The notes: generated by a model not told the origin, from the letters alone. Shown: positions 26,778-37,297, numbered from the stretch's first letter. The stretch: 64,000 nt of DNA from Candidatus Poribacteria bacterium (GCA_965218285.1 OZ244616.1:5960270-6024269), one strand, 5' to 3'. Made by a program: numbers and translations.

Positions 26778-26956
26778 TTAGTCCCGTAGGGACGATATGT
26801 TTATAGTACACCGTCCAGGCACGGCTCTTTAGCTCCATCCGAGCGACATATCCCGATTGGTACCCCATTGCTATAAACATTCCGCCCCTACGGGGCTGAA
26901 GAGATTGGGGTTACCACGTTTTCTATAAACATTCCGTCCCTACGGGACTAAAGAGG
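26778..26956. repeat. Small hairpin-repeat family (3-4 copies, mixed orientation)
   Basis: ctataaacattccg(c/t)ccctacggg(g/a)ct(g/a)aagag at 26871 and 26924; inverted copy at 26778-26806; degenerate copy near 26827. Core hairpin gtccctacgggac. Confidence 0.5.
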
Positions 26957-27123
26957 GTTTCTCGGACACGGAAAACCACTAAATTGACGCTTATGGGTTT
27001 CATATTTAACGTGAGCTCAATAAAAGAATTCAAGTGTAAACGTAGGTTTGGTTGAACAGATATGAAACCGTGCCTCGCAACCGTCTGCTATATCAAAAGA
27101 CGTCGAATCACGTTAAGTTGGTA

Positions 27124-28560
27124 TTACATCTCCGCCAACTTTTTCTGTAGCCATACCCGCATCGGCGCATGTCCCGGGTCACAGACCTCAATGAAATGTC
27201 CCGGCAATGGCTGACCAATCAACGCCTCTACATCGCGCCGCCGATCTGCAACAACATCTGGGTGATCACTTGCAACGTTTTGTTTTTCCTCAGGATCATT
27301 CCTAACATCAAAGAGTTCATCACCCTTCTCATCTTTATAGCCAACCGACGTGCAGAAATTCCAATGGTTGTCGCGCACGCTCACGCGCCCGACCGCATTG
27401 CCGACTGTAAAACTTGCCCACCCATTGATAATCCGTTCACGGAGATATGTTTTTTCCTGCGTAACGAGCTGCCACATATTTTCACCGTCAGTCCATCCGC
27501 ATGGAATATCAAGCAGATTTAGCAAAGTCGGCATCAGATCATGGTTTTGCACAAACGCTGAAATATCCTTGTCATGTGGACCATCAGGATGACGTATCAT
27601 CAGGTTTAGCTGCGTATTGAACGGATGTAACTTGTTCGCGCCTTTTCCAAAACTTCCATGGTCACGGAGTTGTGTGCCGTGGTCAGACATTACCACAACA
27701 AGTGTCTCATCACGAATTTCTAATGCCTCAATCTTGTCCAATAAAACACCAACCCATTTGTCAACAAACGTCACTTCACCGAGGTAGAGTGCCTCAATTC
27801 GGTCGCGTTCCTCTTCAGATGGTCCACCACCTTCGTTTGCACTATTCGTTGTAATGAAATCCTTTCCTGAATAGTCTGGATAATAGATGTCTGCGTAAGA
27901 TTTAGGCGGGTCCCAAGGCTCATGCGGATCGAAACTATCTACCCATAAAAAGAACGGACCAACGGTGTGATTATCTTCAAGCCAATCGGACGCTGCACGG
28001 AAAACGCGCGCACAACTATAGTCATCTTCCGATTGCCGATGACGTTGTGACAATAGGTAATTCACGAGTCCTACGTGTCGCTGCCAATTGATCGGTTCAC
28101 GGACATGCTTGCGAAGTTGGTCCTCAATCAATCTCGGATCACCGCTTTGCCAGTTATCTGATTCCTGACCACGGATAAAATCAAAATGTGCGAATCCGCG
28201 TGAGAAATTCATAGTCGGTTTGAACATGTGGTATGTATCTGCTATAAGGGCAGTTAGATAACCGCGTTCCAACAACACCTCTGCGATTGTATCCTGTTCC
28301 GGTGGAATCTTATGCCAACCGGGGGCGTGATGCCAATGTCCACGCCGATCAAAGTTATATTTCCACGGAAAACTCCGCATACCTGTAAAGTTTCCACGAC
28401 GCACTTGAAGTGTCGGTTGACCCTCACCAAAAGCGCGGTTGAATCGGATACTCTCCGATGCAAACGCATCAAGATTTGGCGTTTGGACATAACTAAACTT
28501 TTTCCCTTCTCCAATGATGTCTGCTCGAAATGTGTCTAAACAGATACAAATGATATTCAT
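27124..28560 (-). CDS. Sulfatase-like hydrolase (alkaline phosphatase superfamily)
   Basis: N-terminal ICICLDTFRAD metal-binding motif and MSDHG motif. The usual C/S-x-P-x-R formylglycine motif is not evident (GQPTLQVRRG). Confidence 0.75.
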   Translation of the reverse strand: MNIICICLDTFRADIIGEGKKFSYVQTPNLDAFASESIRFNRAFGEGQPTLQVRRGNFTGMRSFPWKYNFDRRGHWHHAPGWHKIPPEQDTIAEVLLERGYLTALIADTYHMFKPTMNFSRGFAHFDFIRGQESDNWQSGDPRLIEDQLRKHVREPINWQRHVGLVNYLLSQRHRQSEDDYSCARVFRAASDWLEDNHTVGPFFLWVDSFDPHEPWDPPKSYADIYYPDYSGKDFITTNSANEGGGPSEEERDRIEALYLGEVTFVDKWVGVLLDKIEALEIRDETLVVVMSDHGTQLRDHGSFGKGANKLHPFNTQLNLMIRHPDGPHDKDISAFVQNHDLMPTLLNLLDIPCGWTDGENMWQLVTQEKTYLRERIINGWASFTVGNAVGRVSVRDNHWNFCTSVGYKDEKGDELFDVRNDPEEKQNVASDHPDVVADRRRDVEALIGQPLPGHFIEVCDPGHAPMRVWLQKKLAEM

Positions 28561-28564
28561 AATG

Positions 28565-29278
28565 TCACACTCCTCTCATTTCGTCCAATATTTTTTCGGC
28601 AGCCTCCAACGGGTCATCGTCTTCAATAATCGGTCTACCGACAACGATAAAATCTGCGCCTCGATTAATCGCCTCTGCCGGTGTTGTGATACGACGTTGG
28701 TCACCTGGGTCAGCCCATTTCGGACGGATCCCCGGTGTGACAATCAGAAAGTCATCACCACACGCTTTTCGTATCGGTTCAATTTCCAAAGGGGATGCGA
28801 CAACACCGTCAAGTCCAGCCTCTTTTGCTTGCTTCGCGAGAAATACTACCTGATCAGTGAGCTGCCGCTCCGATCCAAAGTTTGACTGAAACCCTTGTTC
28901 ATCCATGCTTGTCAGAATTGTAACGCCAAGAAGAACAGGATTAGGAATTCCGGCATCGTCCGCAGCAGCATCCGCGCTTAATCTCGCTGCCTGCATCATT
29001 TCAAAACCACCGGAGGCGTGCATGTTAATCATGTTCGCGCCGTGTTTTGTCATTGTGCTGACATCGCGTGCCACAGTATTTGGAATGTCATGAAATTTCA
29101 GATCCAAAAATGTATTATATCTTCTTTCACTCATCCATGAAAAAACCACAGTACCAACTGTTGTAAAAGCCTGGGACCCGATCTTAACCCACGAGACAGT
29201 ATCCATAAGTGCATCAGTTATCCAGTCGATATCCCTACCATCGTCCGTATCCAATGCGACAATTAATCTGTTTTTCAA
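28565..29278 (-). CDS. pyrF: Orotidine 5'-phosphate decarboxylase
   Basis: LIVALD ... FLDLKFHDIPNTV ... VVGRPI motifs. Confidence 0.9.
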   Translation of the reverse strand: MKNRLIVALDTDDGRDIDWITDALMDTVSWVKIGSQAFTTVGTVVFSWMSERRYNTFLDLKFHDIPNTVARDVSTMTKHGANMINMHASGGFEMMQAARLSADAAADDAGIPNPVLLGVTILTSMDEQGFQSNFGSERQLTDQVVFLAKQAKEAGLDGVVASPLEIEPIRKACGDDFLIVTPGIRPKWADPGDQRRITTPAEAINRGADFIVVGRPIIEDDDPLEAAEKILDEMRGV

Positions 29279-29281
29279 TTT

Positions 29282-30796
29282 TTAATCTCCTTTTGTAGAA
29301 ATAACCGAATTACCCAAAACCTCGTCAACTATCCGTAGTGTCTCACGGTGTGCGTCCTCAATTTGCGTCTGACAGGTATAGATACGCATTGCAATTGCAT
29401 TTAGTTGTTCTTCAAAACTTTCTATCATCCGAGAAACCTCTGAAGGGGACGTGCCACCGAGACTTTGGTTATTCTTAAGTGCTAATTCCGCATCCAGAAT
29501 TTGCTGTAGTTGTGAAATCGGTATGTCAATATCTTTTTGTTTCAAGAGTTCATGCGTCAGCTCCCAATTGGTGAACGTCTTTTCCTGCTGAACCAATTCC
29601 CCAACAAGCCATCCCACAATCTCATGACTCTCACGAAAACTAATTTGATGTTCCTTAACCAGATAGTTCGCTAACTCTGTCGCAGTAGCAAAGTTAGCAT
29701 TTACCAATTCAGCCATACGTTCTGTCTTAAATTCTGTGGTTTTGAGAAGATCCGGTAGAATACCAAGACACGCCTTCACAATATCAAATGCTTCCCAAAG
29801 AGGTGGTTTATCCTCCTGAAAATCACGGTTATATCCCATCGGCAACCCTTTGAGATTCGTCAAAAGGTCTATCAACGCACCGTAGACGCGTCCGGTTCTA
29901 CCCCGTGTGAGTTCTGCGATATCAGGATTCTTCTTCTGTGGCATGATGGAACTGCCCGAACTATAAGCATCGTCAAGCACCGCTATCCCAAATTCGTAGG
30001 TCGTCCAATAGATGATTTCTTCGCTAATTCGTGATAGATTTGCCATAACGAGTGACAAAGCGAAAAGCACTTCCGCTATGAAATCTCGACTGCTAATCAC
30101 ATCAAGAGCATGTTCATGAGGAGAGTCAAAACCGAGCAGCTTCGTTGTCAGGTTTCGATCAATTGGGAAGGTCGTGCCAGCCAAGGCACACGCTCCAAGC
30201 GGGTTCATATTAGCAAGTTCGTAAGCAGCTTTCAGGCGTTTTTGATCTCTTAGGAACATGCTCACATAGGCAGTTGCCCAGAAACCAAGACTAATCGGTT
30301 GCGCATGCTGTGTATGTGTATATCCGGGCATGACAGTGTCAACATGCTCTTTGGCAATGCTAAGGAATGCATCGCACAATGTTGAGATGCCGCGCTGGAT
30401 ATTCAGAATCTCATCTCGAATATAGAGGTGTGCGTCTACGAGTACCTGATCGTTACGAGATCGGGCAGTGTGGAGTTTGCCACCGAATTCGCGTCCTGCA
30501 TTCTCAATCAGATACGACTCAACGTTCATGTGCACATCTTCTTTATTTGGGTCAAGAGTGAAGTTTCCGTTTTGAAAATCCTCCGCTGCTTTACAGAGCC
30601 ACTGCAAAATCTCTCGGAGGTCAGCATTGGAGATAATTCCCTGTCGTGCAAGCATAATTGCATGCGCTTGACTTCCCCAGATATCGTATCCGATCAGGCG
30701 GGTATCAGCTTCAATGGAGTGTGTGAAGGCTACTGTTTCTGAGGTGAGGCTTGCGCTAAAACGTCCGCCCCAAAGGGATTTTGATGGTAATTGCAT
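29282..30796 (-). CDS. argH: Argininosuccinate lyase
   Basis: WGGRF start, TARSRNDQV, and the fumarate-lyase signature GSSIMPQKKNPD. Confidence 0.95.
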   Translation of the reverse strand: MQLPSKSLWGGRFSASLTSETVAFTHSIEADTRLIGYDIWGSQAHAIMLARQGIISNADLREILQWLCKAAEDFQNGNFTLDPNKEDVHMNVESYLIENAGREFGGKLHTARSRNDQVLVDAHLYIRDEILNIQRGISTLCDAFLSIAKEHVDTVMPGYTHTQHAQPISLGFWATAYVSMFLRDQKRLKAAYELANMNPLGACALAGTTFPIDRNLTTKLLGFDSPHEHALDVISSRDFIAEVLFALSLVMANLSRISEEIIYWTTYEFGIAVLDDAYSSGSSIMPQKKNPDIAELTRGRTGRVYGALIDLLTNLKGLPMGYNRDFQEDKPPLWEAFDIVKACLGILPDLLKTTEFKTERMAELVNANFATATELANYLVKEHQISFRESHEIVGWLVGELVQQEKTFTNWELTHELLKQKDIDIPISQLQQILDAELALKNNQSLGGTSPSEVSRMIESFEEQLNAIAMRIYTCQTQIEDAHRETLRIVDEVLGNSVISTKGD

Positions 30797-30809
30797 ACTT
30801 TGTCAAAGC

Positions 30810-31034
30810 TTAGGAGTTGGCATTATCGTCCGAAGCCTCTTCTTTTTCGAGCAGTCTAAAAACTTCTGCTGCCACTAAATTCTGATCTTGTTCTGTCCAG
30901 ATACCGTAGTCATCATCATAGATGATATGCTCATCGCGAGTTCGGTATAAATTGTGGATTTCCTGTTCAATGTGCTGTAATTCGTCAGTAGTCAGATTCG
31001 GTAACGCTGCTGTGATTTCTTGAATTGTATGCAT
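30810..31034 (-). CDS. Small acidic hypothetical protein
   Basis: 74-aa ORF with no motif recognised. Lies just upstream (in gene order) of argH. Confidence 0.35.
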   Translation of the reverse strand: MHTIQEITAALPNLTTDELQHIEQEIHNLYRTRDEHIIYDDDYGIWTEQDQNLVAAEVFRLLEKEEASDDNANS

Positions 31035-31169
31035 CTTGAAAATCCTTTCGAAAGAGTGCTATTTGTAGATTTAATTACAAAATTGTACACTAGATATCTT
31101 ATAAATGGCAACACGATCCACACACAAAACCGAAAAAAGGCGACTAAACGTTTTGAAGGTTTCTCAAGA

Positions 31170-32024
31170 TTACGCAACCTGCGGAGGTCTACGCGGTGAC
31201 GTCGGTTGGATAATCTTGCGTTGATCGGGAGTTAAACGCGCTAACAACTCCCCGGAATGGGGATAGTCAAAACGTTCACGGACATATTTGGGAGAATAAC
31301 GATAGACAATCGAACGACGATAACCGGGATTTGTTCGCTCAGCTGAACCGTGTGTAATCGCATCTGTAAACATCACCACATCTCCCGCCTTCAGATGTAC
31401 CTCTTGGGTTGCAAAAGCTGTTCCTGCAGGCTTTCCAGTAAAACCGTCGTAGACAATACCTTTACCATTCTGTTTTAGACGTGGGTGAATCTCTGAACAT
31501 TTATGGCTGCCCGGTATCAACACAGGCGCACCATCTCCTGGTCCAATGTCGTTAAGTGCCATCAGAACGTTAATTTGCCCCACAAGCCATTCGCCGGTAT
31601 TTGTCTGACGAAACGTCAAATAACTCAACGGGACATGTCCCCCACAGTGAATATGGATGAAACCACCAGGACCACGCACATTCAGAAAATTCTCGTGAAT
31701 AGAAACCCCATTCACCTCATGAATATATTTCCGGATAAGACTAATCCATGCAGGATGATCAATCAACTTTTGAAATACATCTCCACCCTCTATGATATTC
31801 TGGAAATTAACACCATTTTCTACATTGTAGGTATGTGTCTCAATGTTTCCGATCCAACGCGGAATACGTTTATCCTCAGAATTTGGTTCCCAAGGTTGTT
31901 CAACATAAGCCCAATGACGATCTATCCATTCGTTTATCTTATCAAGATCTTCTTCTGAAATAGCATTCTCTAAAATGAGATATCCTTGTAGGTCAAAAAG
32001 ATAATCAAGTTGTTCCTGATCCAT
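31170..32024 (-). CDS. Phytanoyl-CoA dioxygenase (PhyH)-like Fe(II)/2OG oxygenase
   Basis: N-terminus QLDYLFDLQGYLILENAIS and overall layout resemble PhyH-family proteins. Assigned from memory, not searched. Confidence 0.55.
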   Translation of the reverse strand: MDQEQLDYLFDLQGYLILENAISEEDLDKINEWIDRHWAYVEQPWEPNSEDKRIPRWIGNIETHTYNVENGVNFQNIIEGGDVFQKLIDHPAWISLIRKYIHEVNGVSIHENFLNVRGPGGFIHIHCGGHVPLSYLTFRQTNTGEWLVGQINVLMALNDIGPGDGAPVLIPGSHKCSEIHPRLKQNGKGIVYDGFTGKPAGTAFATQEVHLKAGDVVMFTDAITHGSAERTNPGYRRSIVYRYSPKYVRERFDYPHSGELLARLTPDQRKIIQPTSPRRPPQVA

Positions 32025-32134
32025 GTTTATCCCTCAAAACATCTTCTATAGGCACATAAATACTTCAACCGGTAGGCGCGGTACGCAACCGCGCTAATGT
32101 TCTCGTTATTTTCATACGAAATTTGAAAAATCAA

Positions 32135-32944
32135 CTACAAATACGAATTCAATTCTGTTTCTGTTGGTGTTGACGTGGAAATACCATCTTCAGGAATCTC
32201 TACTTTTGCTGTCCAAGCAATAGCATTGAGGATAAATTTTCTGAGGTTATCATCTCCCCAATTTTTATGGTAATGACCACCTGTAAATCCAAATCCGCGT
32301 CCACCATCTGAACGTTCTACGCACCATCCAAGATGTTGCGGCTCACCGTTGGCAACCGATGCTCGAACGTGTGGGTTACCACTATGAGGACCATCGGGTC
32401 TCTGAAGTGTTGACTCTGGCGCGATTGCACTTAACACAGGCGTTACACCCTGCATATTATCACGAAACCGCATGTGGTAATACCATTCATCATCTAATGA
32501 GAACGGTTCCATACCGCGTGTTACTGGATGTTCAGGAAATGATGTGAATTTTGCAGTCCAATGTGGATTAACCGAGAGATGTGTTTCAAAATAACCGCCA
32601 ATCCAATCCAAGAAACAATTTCCCGGTTCACCCTTCGGCACTTCAACTGCATAGTGCAGCATCGCAATTCCGATACCCTGCGCGGTTAATTCCGAAATCT
32701 GGTCAAGGTGAGGAATGCTAAGATGTCCACCACCACCATCCGAGTAAACTATTACGGCATCTGTATCAGCGAAAGTTGCCGGGTCTGAAGGCCACCCTTG
32801 ATGAACAACCGCCTCCATGTTATCAATAGAACTATTCAACTGATCTGCTAAGAAAGAACACCCGCCTGGATGCTCATGCGACCCACCTCCATGACTTGCA
32901 CTTCCCGCTACGAAAACAATTCGAGTTTTTGTTGGCATATACAC
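32135..32944 (-). CDS. ThuA-domain (trehalose utilisation-like) protein
   Basis: IVFVAG....HGGG.HE and MLHYA...WIGGYFE.H pattern. Confidence 0.55.
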   Translation of the reverse strand: MYMPTKTRIVFVAGSASHGGGSHEHPGGCSFLADQLNSSIDNMEAVVHQGWPSDPATFADTDAVIVYSDGGGGHLSIPHLDQISELTAQGIGIAMLHYAVEVPKGEPGNCFLDWIGGYFETHLSVNPHWTAKFTSFPEHPVTRGMEPFSLDDEWYYHMRFRDNMQGVTPVLSAIAPESTLQRPDGPHSGNPHVRASVANGEPQHLGWCVERSDGGRGFGFTGGHYHKNWGDDNLRKFILNAIAWTAKVEIPEDGISTSTPTETELNSYL

Positions 32945-32948
32945 TCCT

Positions 32949-33041
32949 TATACCAAATTAACCCGATTTGTAGTGCGAGGTCCCCGTGCCTCGCAATGCT
33001 AATCGCTATTAGAAAACTTCGAATCCAGTTAATTTGGTATT
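32949..33041. mobile_element. IS630-derived MITE (family C)
   Basis: tataccaaattaacccgatttgtagtgcgaggtccccgtgcctcgcaatgc...ccagttaatttggtat. Confidence 0.75.
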
Positions 33042-33157
33042 ACTGGTAATTTCAAGTGAACATTACACACCTGCATTCATACAGATAATTCACATTTTCT
33101 GATTTTAATATTACACCGAATGTCTGTCCTTGTCAAACCTTTAATTATACTGAAATA

Positions 33158-33658
33158 TCATATCCCCATCCGAAGGGCAACTGCTGCCAACAGAATCAAC
33201 AGCGAAACCACACCCATTAAACTTGAAACAATTGACATTTGTGTTTGGAGTGGTTTGACTTCGGATGGTAGCTCTTCTAATGTTTCGTCTAAGGTTTCAA
33301 TTGCCGTCAACAACTTAGGAGCATACACAAAACTGTGCAAAAAAGTGAGGATAAGTAGCGCGATGAATAGGATCAACTTGATTAGCAACGTTCGCATGAA
33401 GGAAGTGACAATTGGTGAGGAAAAATCTATAGCATTGAAAATATTGCCTATTCCAGTAAAAAATAGAACGAGAACACAACCCCACACAATCGGCTCAAAC
33501 CGTTTGCCTATTTGTGTCAAGAGTTGAATTCGTTTCACAGGTGGTAGGGTTTGTCGAAAATATGGCACAATAACCATTGCTAAAATGAGGTTGCCGCCAA
33601 CCCAAACAACGGCAGCAATCACATGTATCCATAGAATTAATAACCAAATTATGTTCAT
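33158..33658 (-). CDS. Small polytopic membrane protein (CopD/DUF4149-like, uncertain)
   Basis: Four or five hydrophobic spans. The track start MGSPARRV (33682) lies in the IsrB right end; ATG 33658 is preferred. Confidence 0.5.
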   Translation of the reverse strand: MNIIWLLILWIHVIAAVVWVGGNLILAMVIVPYFRQTLPPVKRIQLLTQIGKRFEPIVWGCVLVLFFTGIGNIFNAIDFSSPIVTSFMRTLLIKLILFIALLILTFLHSFVYAPKLLTAIETLDETLEELPSEVKPLQTQMSIVSSLMGVVSLLILLAAVALRMGI

Positions 33659-33685
33659 CACTCTTCGGGCTGGAGACCCCATCCT

Positions 33686-34713
33686 TTAGGTTGGGGAGGA
33701 AAGCCCGCTCCTATAGTTAAAATTCAGACGCGTAAGAACTTTGAAATCCTGTCGTTTCGCGCCTGTGGTGATTCGTTTCCCATCCAAACTGTAGATTGAA
33801 AACAAACCTTTTGCGTTAATACCTGAAAGTCTTGTTAATCCGTGTTTGACATGCTTCACCAAAGTGTTCTTGACCAAGCCTTGTGCTAATAAGGTGCCAC
33901 CATATCGCGAACGAATGCCGTTCTTTTGTGGGTTCTGCCGATGAAGTTCACGTCTTGAAACAGGTATCGGTGCGATGCAGAATATATCTGTGTTGTCGGG
34001 GACATCCACCCCACCGACAGTGTGATATGCCAAACACCAACTATCTACACAGTGTGCATCAAACGTCTCAGCAAGTTTCTTGGAAGACTTCTTGAGCCCA
34101 AGTCTATCTCGAAGTTCTTTCGTCTCCCAACCTTGAAGTGTGAACAATGTCCATCGCTTTTGTATTCACCATAGAACCAAGACTTTCCGACTTCAAGAGG
34201 ACTGAAAGAACTATTCCACTTTTTCGCACGTTTGAGTGTTCGTGCCTTAATGTCCTCAACACATACATACGTGATAGGATACAACTTGGACAACCAATCC
34301 AAGACACGTAGTTTCCAATCCCACCTTGCACGCGTGCCAGCAGGTATTCGTGCGCTATTCGCCAAACGATTCGTCCGGTTCTTTCTATTCGGACAGCTGC
34401 GAGAACGACGGGTTCTCCGAAGGTCTCTGCGTTTCTCTACTTTCTTGCCCACTTTGCTATGGGCGTCTGCTTGAACGTTCAGATAGGTGTGAGACATCGA
34501 CTTCACTGTGAAACCCTCTTTCTTGCTACCGGGGTCTACACCCACAGCAATCTCTTGAGTATCTCTCTTAGAAGGCTCTTTATTGAGACAGATACAATAG
34601 ATACCATTGTCCCAATAAGACGTTGCCTCACCACGTTGGACGAGCTTGCGCGCACGCGCAGCGTGCATAGGCATTAGCACCTCACCATCTTTCGTCTTAA
34701 CAGGAACAAACAT
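33686..34713 (-). pseudogene. isrB: IsrB-like RuvC nickase, copy 2, with a 1-nt deletion frameshift
   Basis: Track ORFs 34045..34713 (MFVPVKTKDGEVLMPMHAARARKLV... GVDPGSK...VCVEDIK) and 33686..34147 (…DAHCVDSW…) overlap in different frames. Copy 1 has gagatacaaaagcgatgg where copy 2 has gaatacaaaagcgatgg, near 34150. Confidence 0.75.
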
Positions 34714-34923
34714 AAGTTTGTGTTCTCCTTTTCAGGGTATATGTTTCCCCATCCAGATCACAGTATCCGAGAGGAATCGGACTTGGGGGGCATCCGAAAC
34801 ATCGTGCTGGCTACCACGCCAAGATACCACGATATTTTACTGTAGTACAACGGTTTAACTTGTGGAGTGAACGCTTGGTATGCGCTTCGCACAAGCCCCA
34901 TGCTTTAGCTTGGGGTTATTGAC
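34714..34923 (-). ncRNA. Candidate omega-RNA scaffold of IsrB copy 2 (boundaries approximate)
   Basis: Almost identical to 5281-5480 (3-4 differences by eye) although the adjacent N-terminal coding regions are only about 55-60% identical at protein level. Confidence 0.5.
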
Positions 34924-34989
34924 TTTACGATATTCCTTTCTTGCGAGATGAGTTTGAACTGCTATATCCACTCTTGAAAGAAACCTGCT

Positions 34990-36693
34990 TTAATGACTTT
35001 CAAAGTGTCGAATAACAGCCTCTGTGCGTGAGAGTAAGGTTATCCGTTCGTCAGTTGAAAGTGGCACAGGGGCAAACCGATGATAGTCACATTGTGTAAG
35101 GATGTCAATCAATTCGTTAAGAATAGAAGTAGAAACATCCGTACCTTGACAGATTTCTTGGACTTCTGCGATGTTTAGTTGACGGTATGGCATGCTTTGC
35201 CATTCACAGAGATATTGATGTAGGATTCGAGTCAATGCTTCCCCGAAGGATGTCGTATTTGCTTCCGTTTTCCCTGTTTTCAATGATTGGAGTGCTGAAA
35301 ATGCTTGCTCTGCAGGGGGCATCTGTGTGTCTGGAGCAGTTGATGCTTTACCAGACTTCAACTTTGCACGATACAATAGATATCCGCCTATTGTCATTCC
35401 CACAAGTATTGGTATTAGCAGTAACCACAATGTCCATAATGGAAAATCGGATTCAGTGTCAACTATATCAGTCGAATTAGGTAGCACAGTGATCGGAATT
35501 GAGTTTGTTTTGGTTACTTGATATGAATTCTTGACAGGGCTGAAATACGCAAATTCAATTGCAGGAATCTGTAATATCCCTCCTTTTAAAGGAATTAACA
35601 CATAAGTATAGGTCGTTCTATTGTCAGCGTCACCTTTGACATGAATTGGCGTTTCCACACGAAACCCGTTAATAGGCGATATTTTTGGAGGTGTTACCGT
35701 TTTTATATTGCCTACACCAGAAATTTCCAATGTGAGCGTTAAAGCTTTTCGGACTTCAAGTTTGTTTCGGTCAACCTGTGCGGTGATATTGTATTCTCCT
35801 ACAGCCCCCATGAAGTTTGTCGGTCTTCCGACCTCAGGTAGTGGCTGTACATTGAGAGGAATCGGTTTCGTCTTTAACGTCTTAGGATTACCTTTTATAG
35901 GAAGTTTTAACTGGGCAGATGTAATTAGAATTTGCCCAGTTTTTTGTGGATACAAACGTCTTACATATTCTTGAACTTGATATGTCTTTCCCCGCATTAC
36001 TACTGCAGAACCTTTTTCATCAGGGAGTTTTTCAACTAAAAACCCAGTGAAATCAGGGAGTAATGTTGTAGGTGGTTCCAGAGTTGGAAGAATTGTCGTA
36101 TATAGGTAGCGAAACCGATATTCTATCGCTTCATTAAAGTGCGGTTTCTGGTTATTGACTTCAGCCTGTACTTTATGGATGCCACCCGTGGAGGTATTCT
36201 GGTATGTATCAACTGCCCCTACAATAATTGTGCCAGGTTTTGCCAAATAAGGAATACCTTGATAAGAAAAACGGATATCCGATAAAACGATCTCTCCAAT
36301 TTTCTGCGGTATAAGTTCATAAACCCACGCCATTTTAACTGCTATCTCTTTATCTACTAAATGGGGTGTTGTTTTGGAATGTAGCGGAACTGCAAGAAAA
36401 TCGGGTAAAAAATTGAACTCCGGAGCACCGATATGTTTCATCAGTGTATTCCCCGAAATTTTGAGTTCTAACGTCGCCCTTTCATTCAATTGAATTTGGC
36501 GCGGCGTGACGATTGCTTCGACTTGGACATCTTGGCTTTGCACACTAGTCGTGAAAAGCATCAGTAATATACTGAAGGGTATAATGCTCAAATATGTATG
36601 CAACAATGGTTTCTGAAAATTACCAATCTTTTTCACGCCGATATCCGCTTTTAAGTTGTTGTTTGAGTATCTTTTGCCGGCGCAGATTTTCAT
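34990..36693 (-). CDS. BatD-like (oxygen-tolerance family) membrane-anchored protein
   Basis: Signal sequence, long extracytoplasmic region, single TM near the C-terminus (LWTLWLLLIPILVGMTIGGYLLY), cytoplasmic tail. Follows a BatC-like TPR gene. The start may be GTG 36636. Confidence 0.5.
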   Translation of the reverse strand: MKICAGKRYSNNNLKADIGVKKIGNFQKPLLHTYLSIIPFSILLMLFTTSVQSQDVQVEAIVTPRQIQLNERATLELKISGNTLMKHIGAPEFNFLPDFLAVPLHSKTTPHLVDKEIAVKMAWVYELIPQKIGEIVLSDIRFSYQGIPYLAKPGTIIVGAVDTYQNTSTGGIHKVQAEVNNQKPHFNEAIEYRFRYLYTTILPTLEPPTTLLPDFTGFLVEKLPDEKGSAVVMRGKTYQVQEYVRRLYPQKTGQILITSAQLKLPIKGNPKTLKTKPIPLNVQPLPEVGRPTNFMGAVGEYNITAQVDRNKLEVRKALTLTLEISGVGNIKTVTPPKISPINGFRVETPIHVKGDADNRTTYTYVLIPLKGGILQIPAIEFAYFSPVKNSYQVTKTNSIPITVLPNSTDIVDTESDFPLWTLWLLLIPILVGMTIGGYLLYRAKLKSGKASTAPDTQMPPAEQAFSALQSLKTGKTEANTTSFGEALTRILHQYLCEWQSMPYRQLNIAEVQEICQGTDVSTSILNELIDILTQCDYHRFAPVPLSTDERITLLSRTEAVIRHFESH

Positions 36694-37297
36694 TTTTGCT
36701 CAAACGTTCAAGAAGTTGAAGTGCCTCTGATTTAGAGAGGTTGCTCGGCTCAGTTTCTGATGAATCCTGCTTCTTAAGACTATCCATTTGCTGCTGTGTG
36801 GCATATTCCTGTTGTTCCTTCAGTAGTTTAAGTGCCAATGCAAGGTTATGTTTAGTGTCCGCATCATGTGGGTTTAGACGCAGCGAGTCCTCATAAGATT
36901 GAACTGCTGCTGAAAAATCATACATCTGAAACTGTGCATTACCTAAGTTATAATAGACAGCCGCTTTGTTGCCCACATCTCCTTTTAAGAGAGATGTTTG
37001 AAAAGCTGCCGCTGCTTGTTTATATCTACCTGTTTTGTAGAGTGCAGTGCCGAGATTATGGTGTGTGATAGGATTATTAGGTTTATCTAATACTGCCGCT
37101 TCAAAAGCCTCAACTGCAACATCATAGTCCTGATGCCAATATGCCTCATGACCGGATTTCATCAAACGTGTCCAGTTTCCGAGCCATCCTACAAGAAGAG
37201 GTAGAATAAATATTAATAGTGAGCAACAGATAATCTTGTTCCACATGTTTTTATTATAAATGATTGTAGTGTGATTTGCAAGGAATTGTATGACCAC
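36620..37297 (-). CDS. TPR-repeat protein (BatC-like)
   Basis: N-terminal TM, three TPR-like repeats (AFE.A....P......HNLG.ALYK.G.Y..A), coiled C-terminus ending REKDW. The start may be ATG 37246. Confidence 0.55.
   Translation of the reverse strand: MVIQFLANHTTIIYNKNMWNKIICCSLLIFILPLLVGWLGNWTRLMKSGHEAYWHQDYDVAVEAFEAAVLDKPNNPITHHNLGTALYKTGRYKQAAAAFQTSLLKGDVGNKAAVYYNLGNAQFQMYDFSAAVQSYEDSLRLNPHDADTKHNLALALKLLKEQQEYATQQQMDSLKKQDSSETEPSNLSKSEALQLLERLSKNENLRRQKILKQQLKSGYRREKDW

Larger units (their letters stand above)
33661..34923 (-). mobile_element. IS200/605-like IsrB (OMEGA) element, copy 2
   Basis: Same left and right ends as copy 1. 1263 bp, matching copy 1 once its MITE and target duplication are removed. 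Confidence 0.7.

Noticed and set aside
26778-26956. Mini-CRISPR (two direct 33-nt repeats 53 bp apart).
   Set aside because: There are only two direct copies with a 20-nt gap, plus an inverted copy. No cas genes are present. It is better described as a hairpin repeat family.
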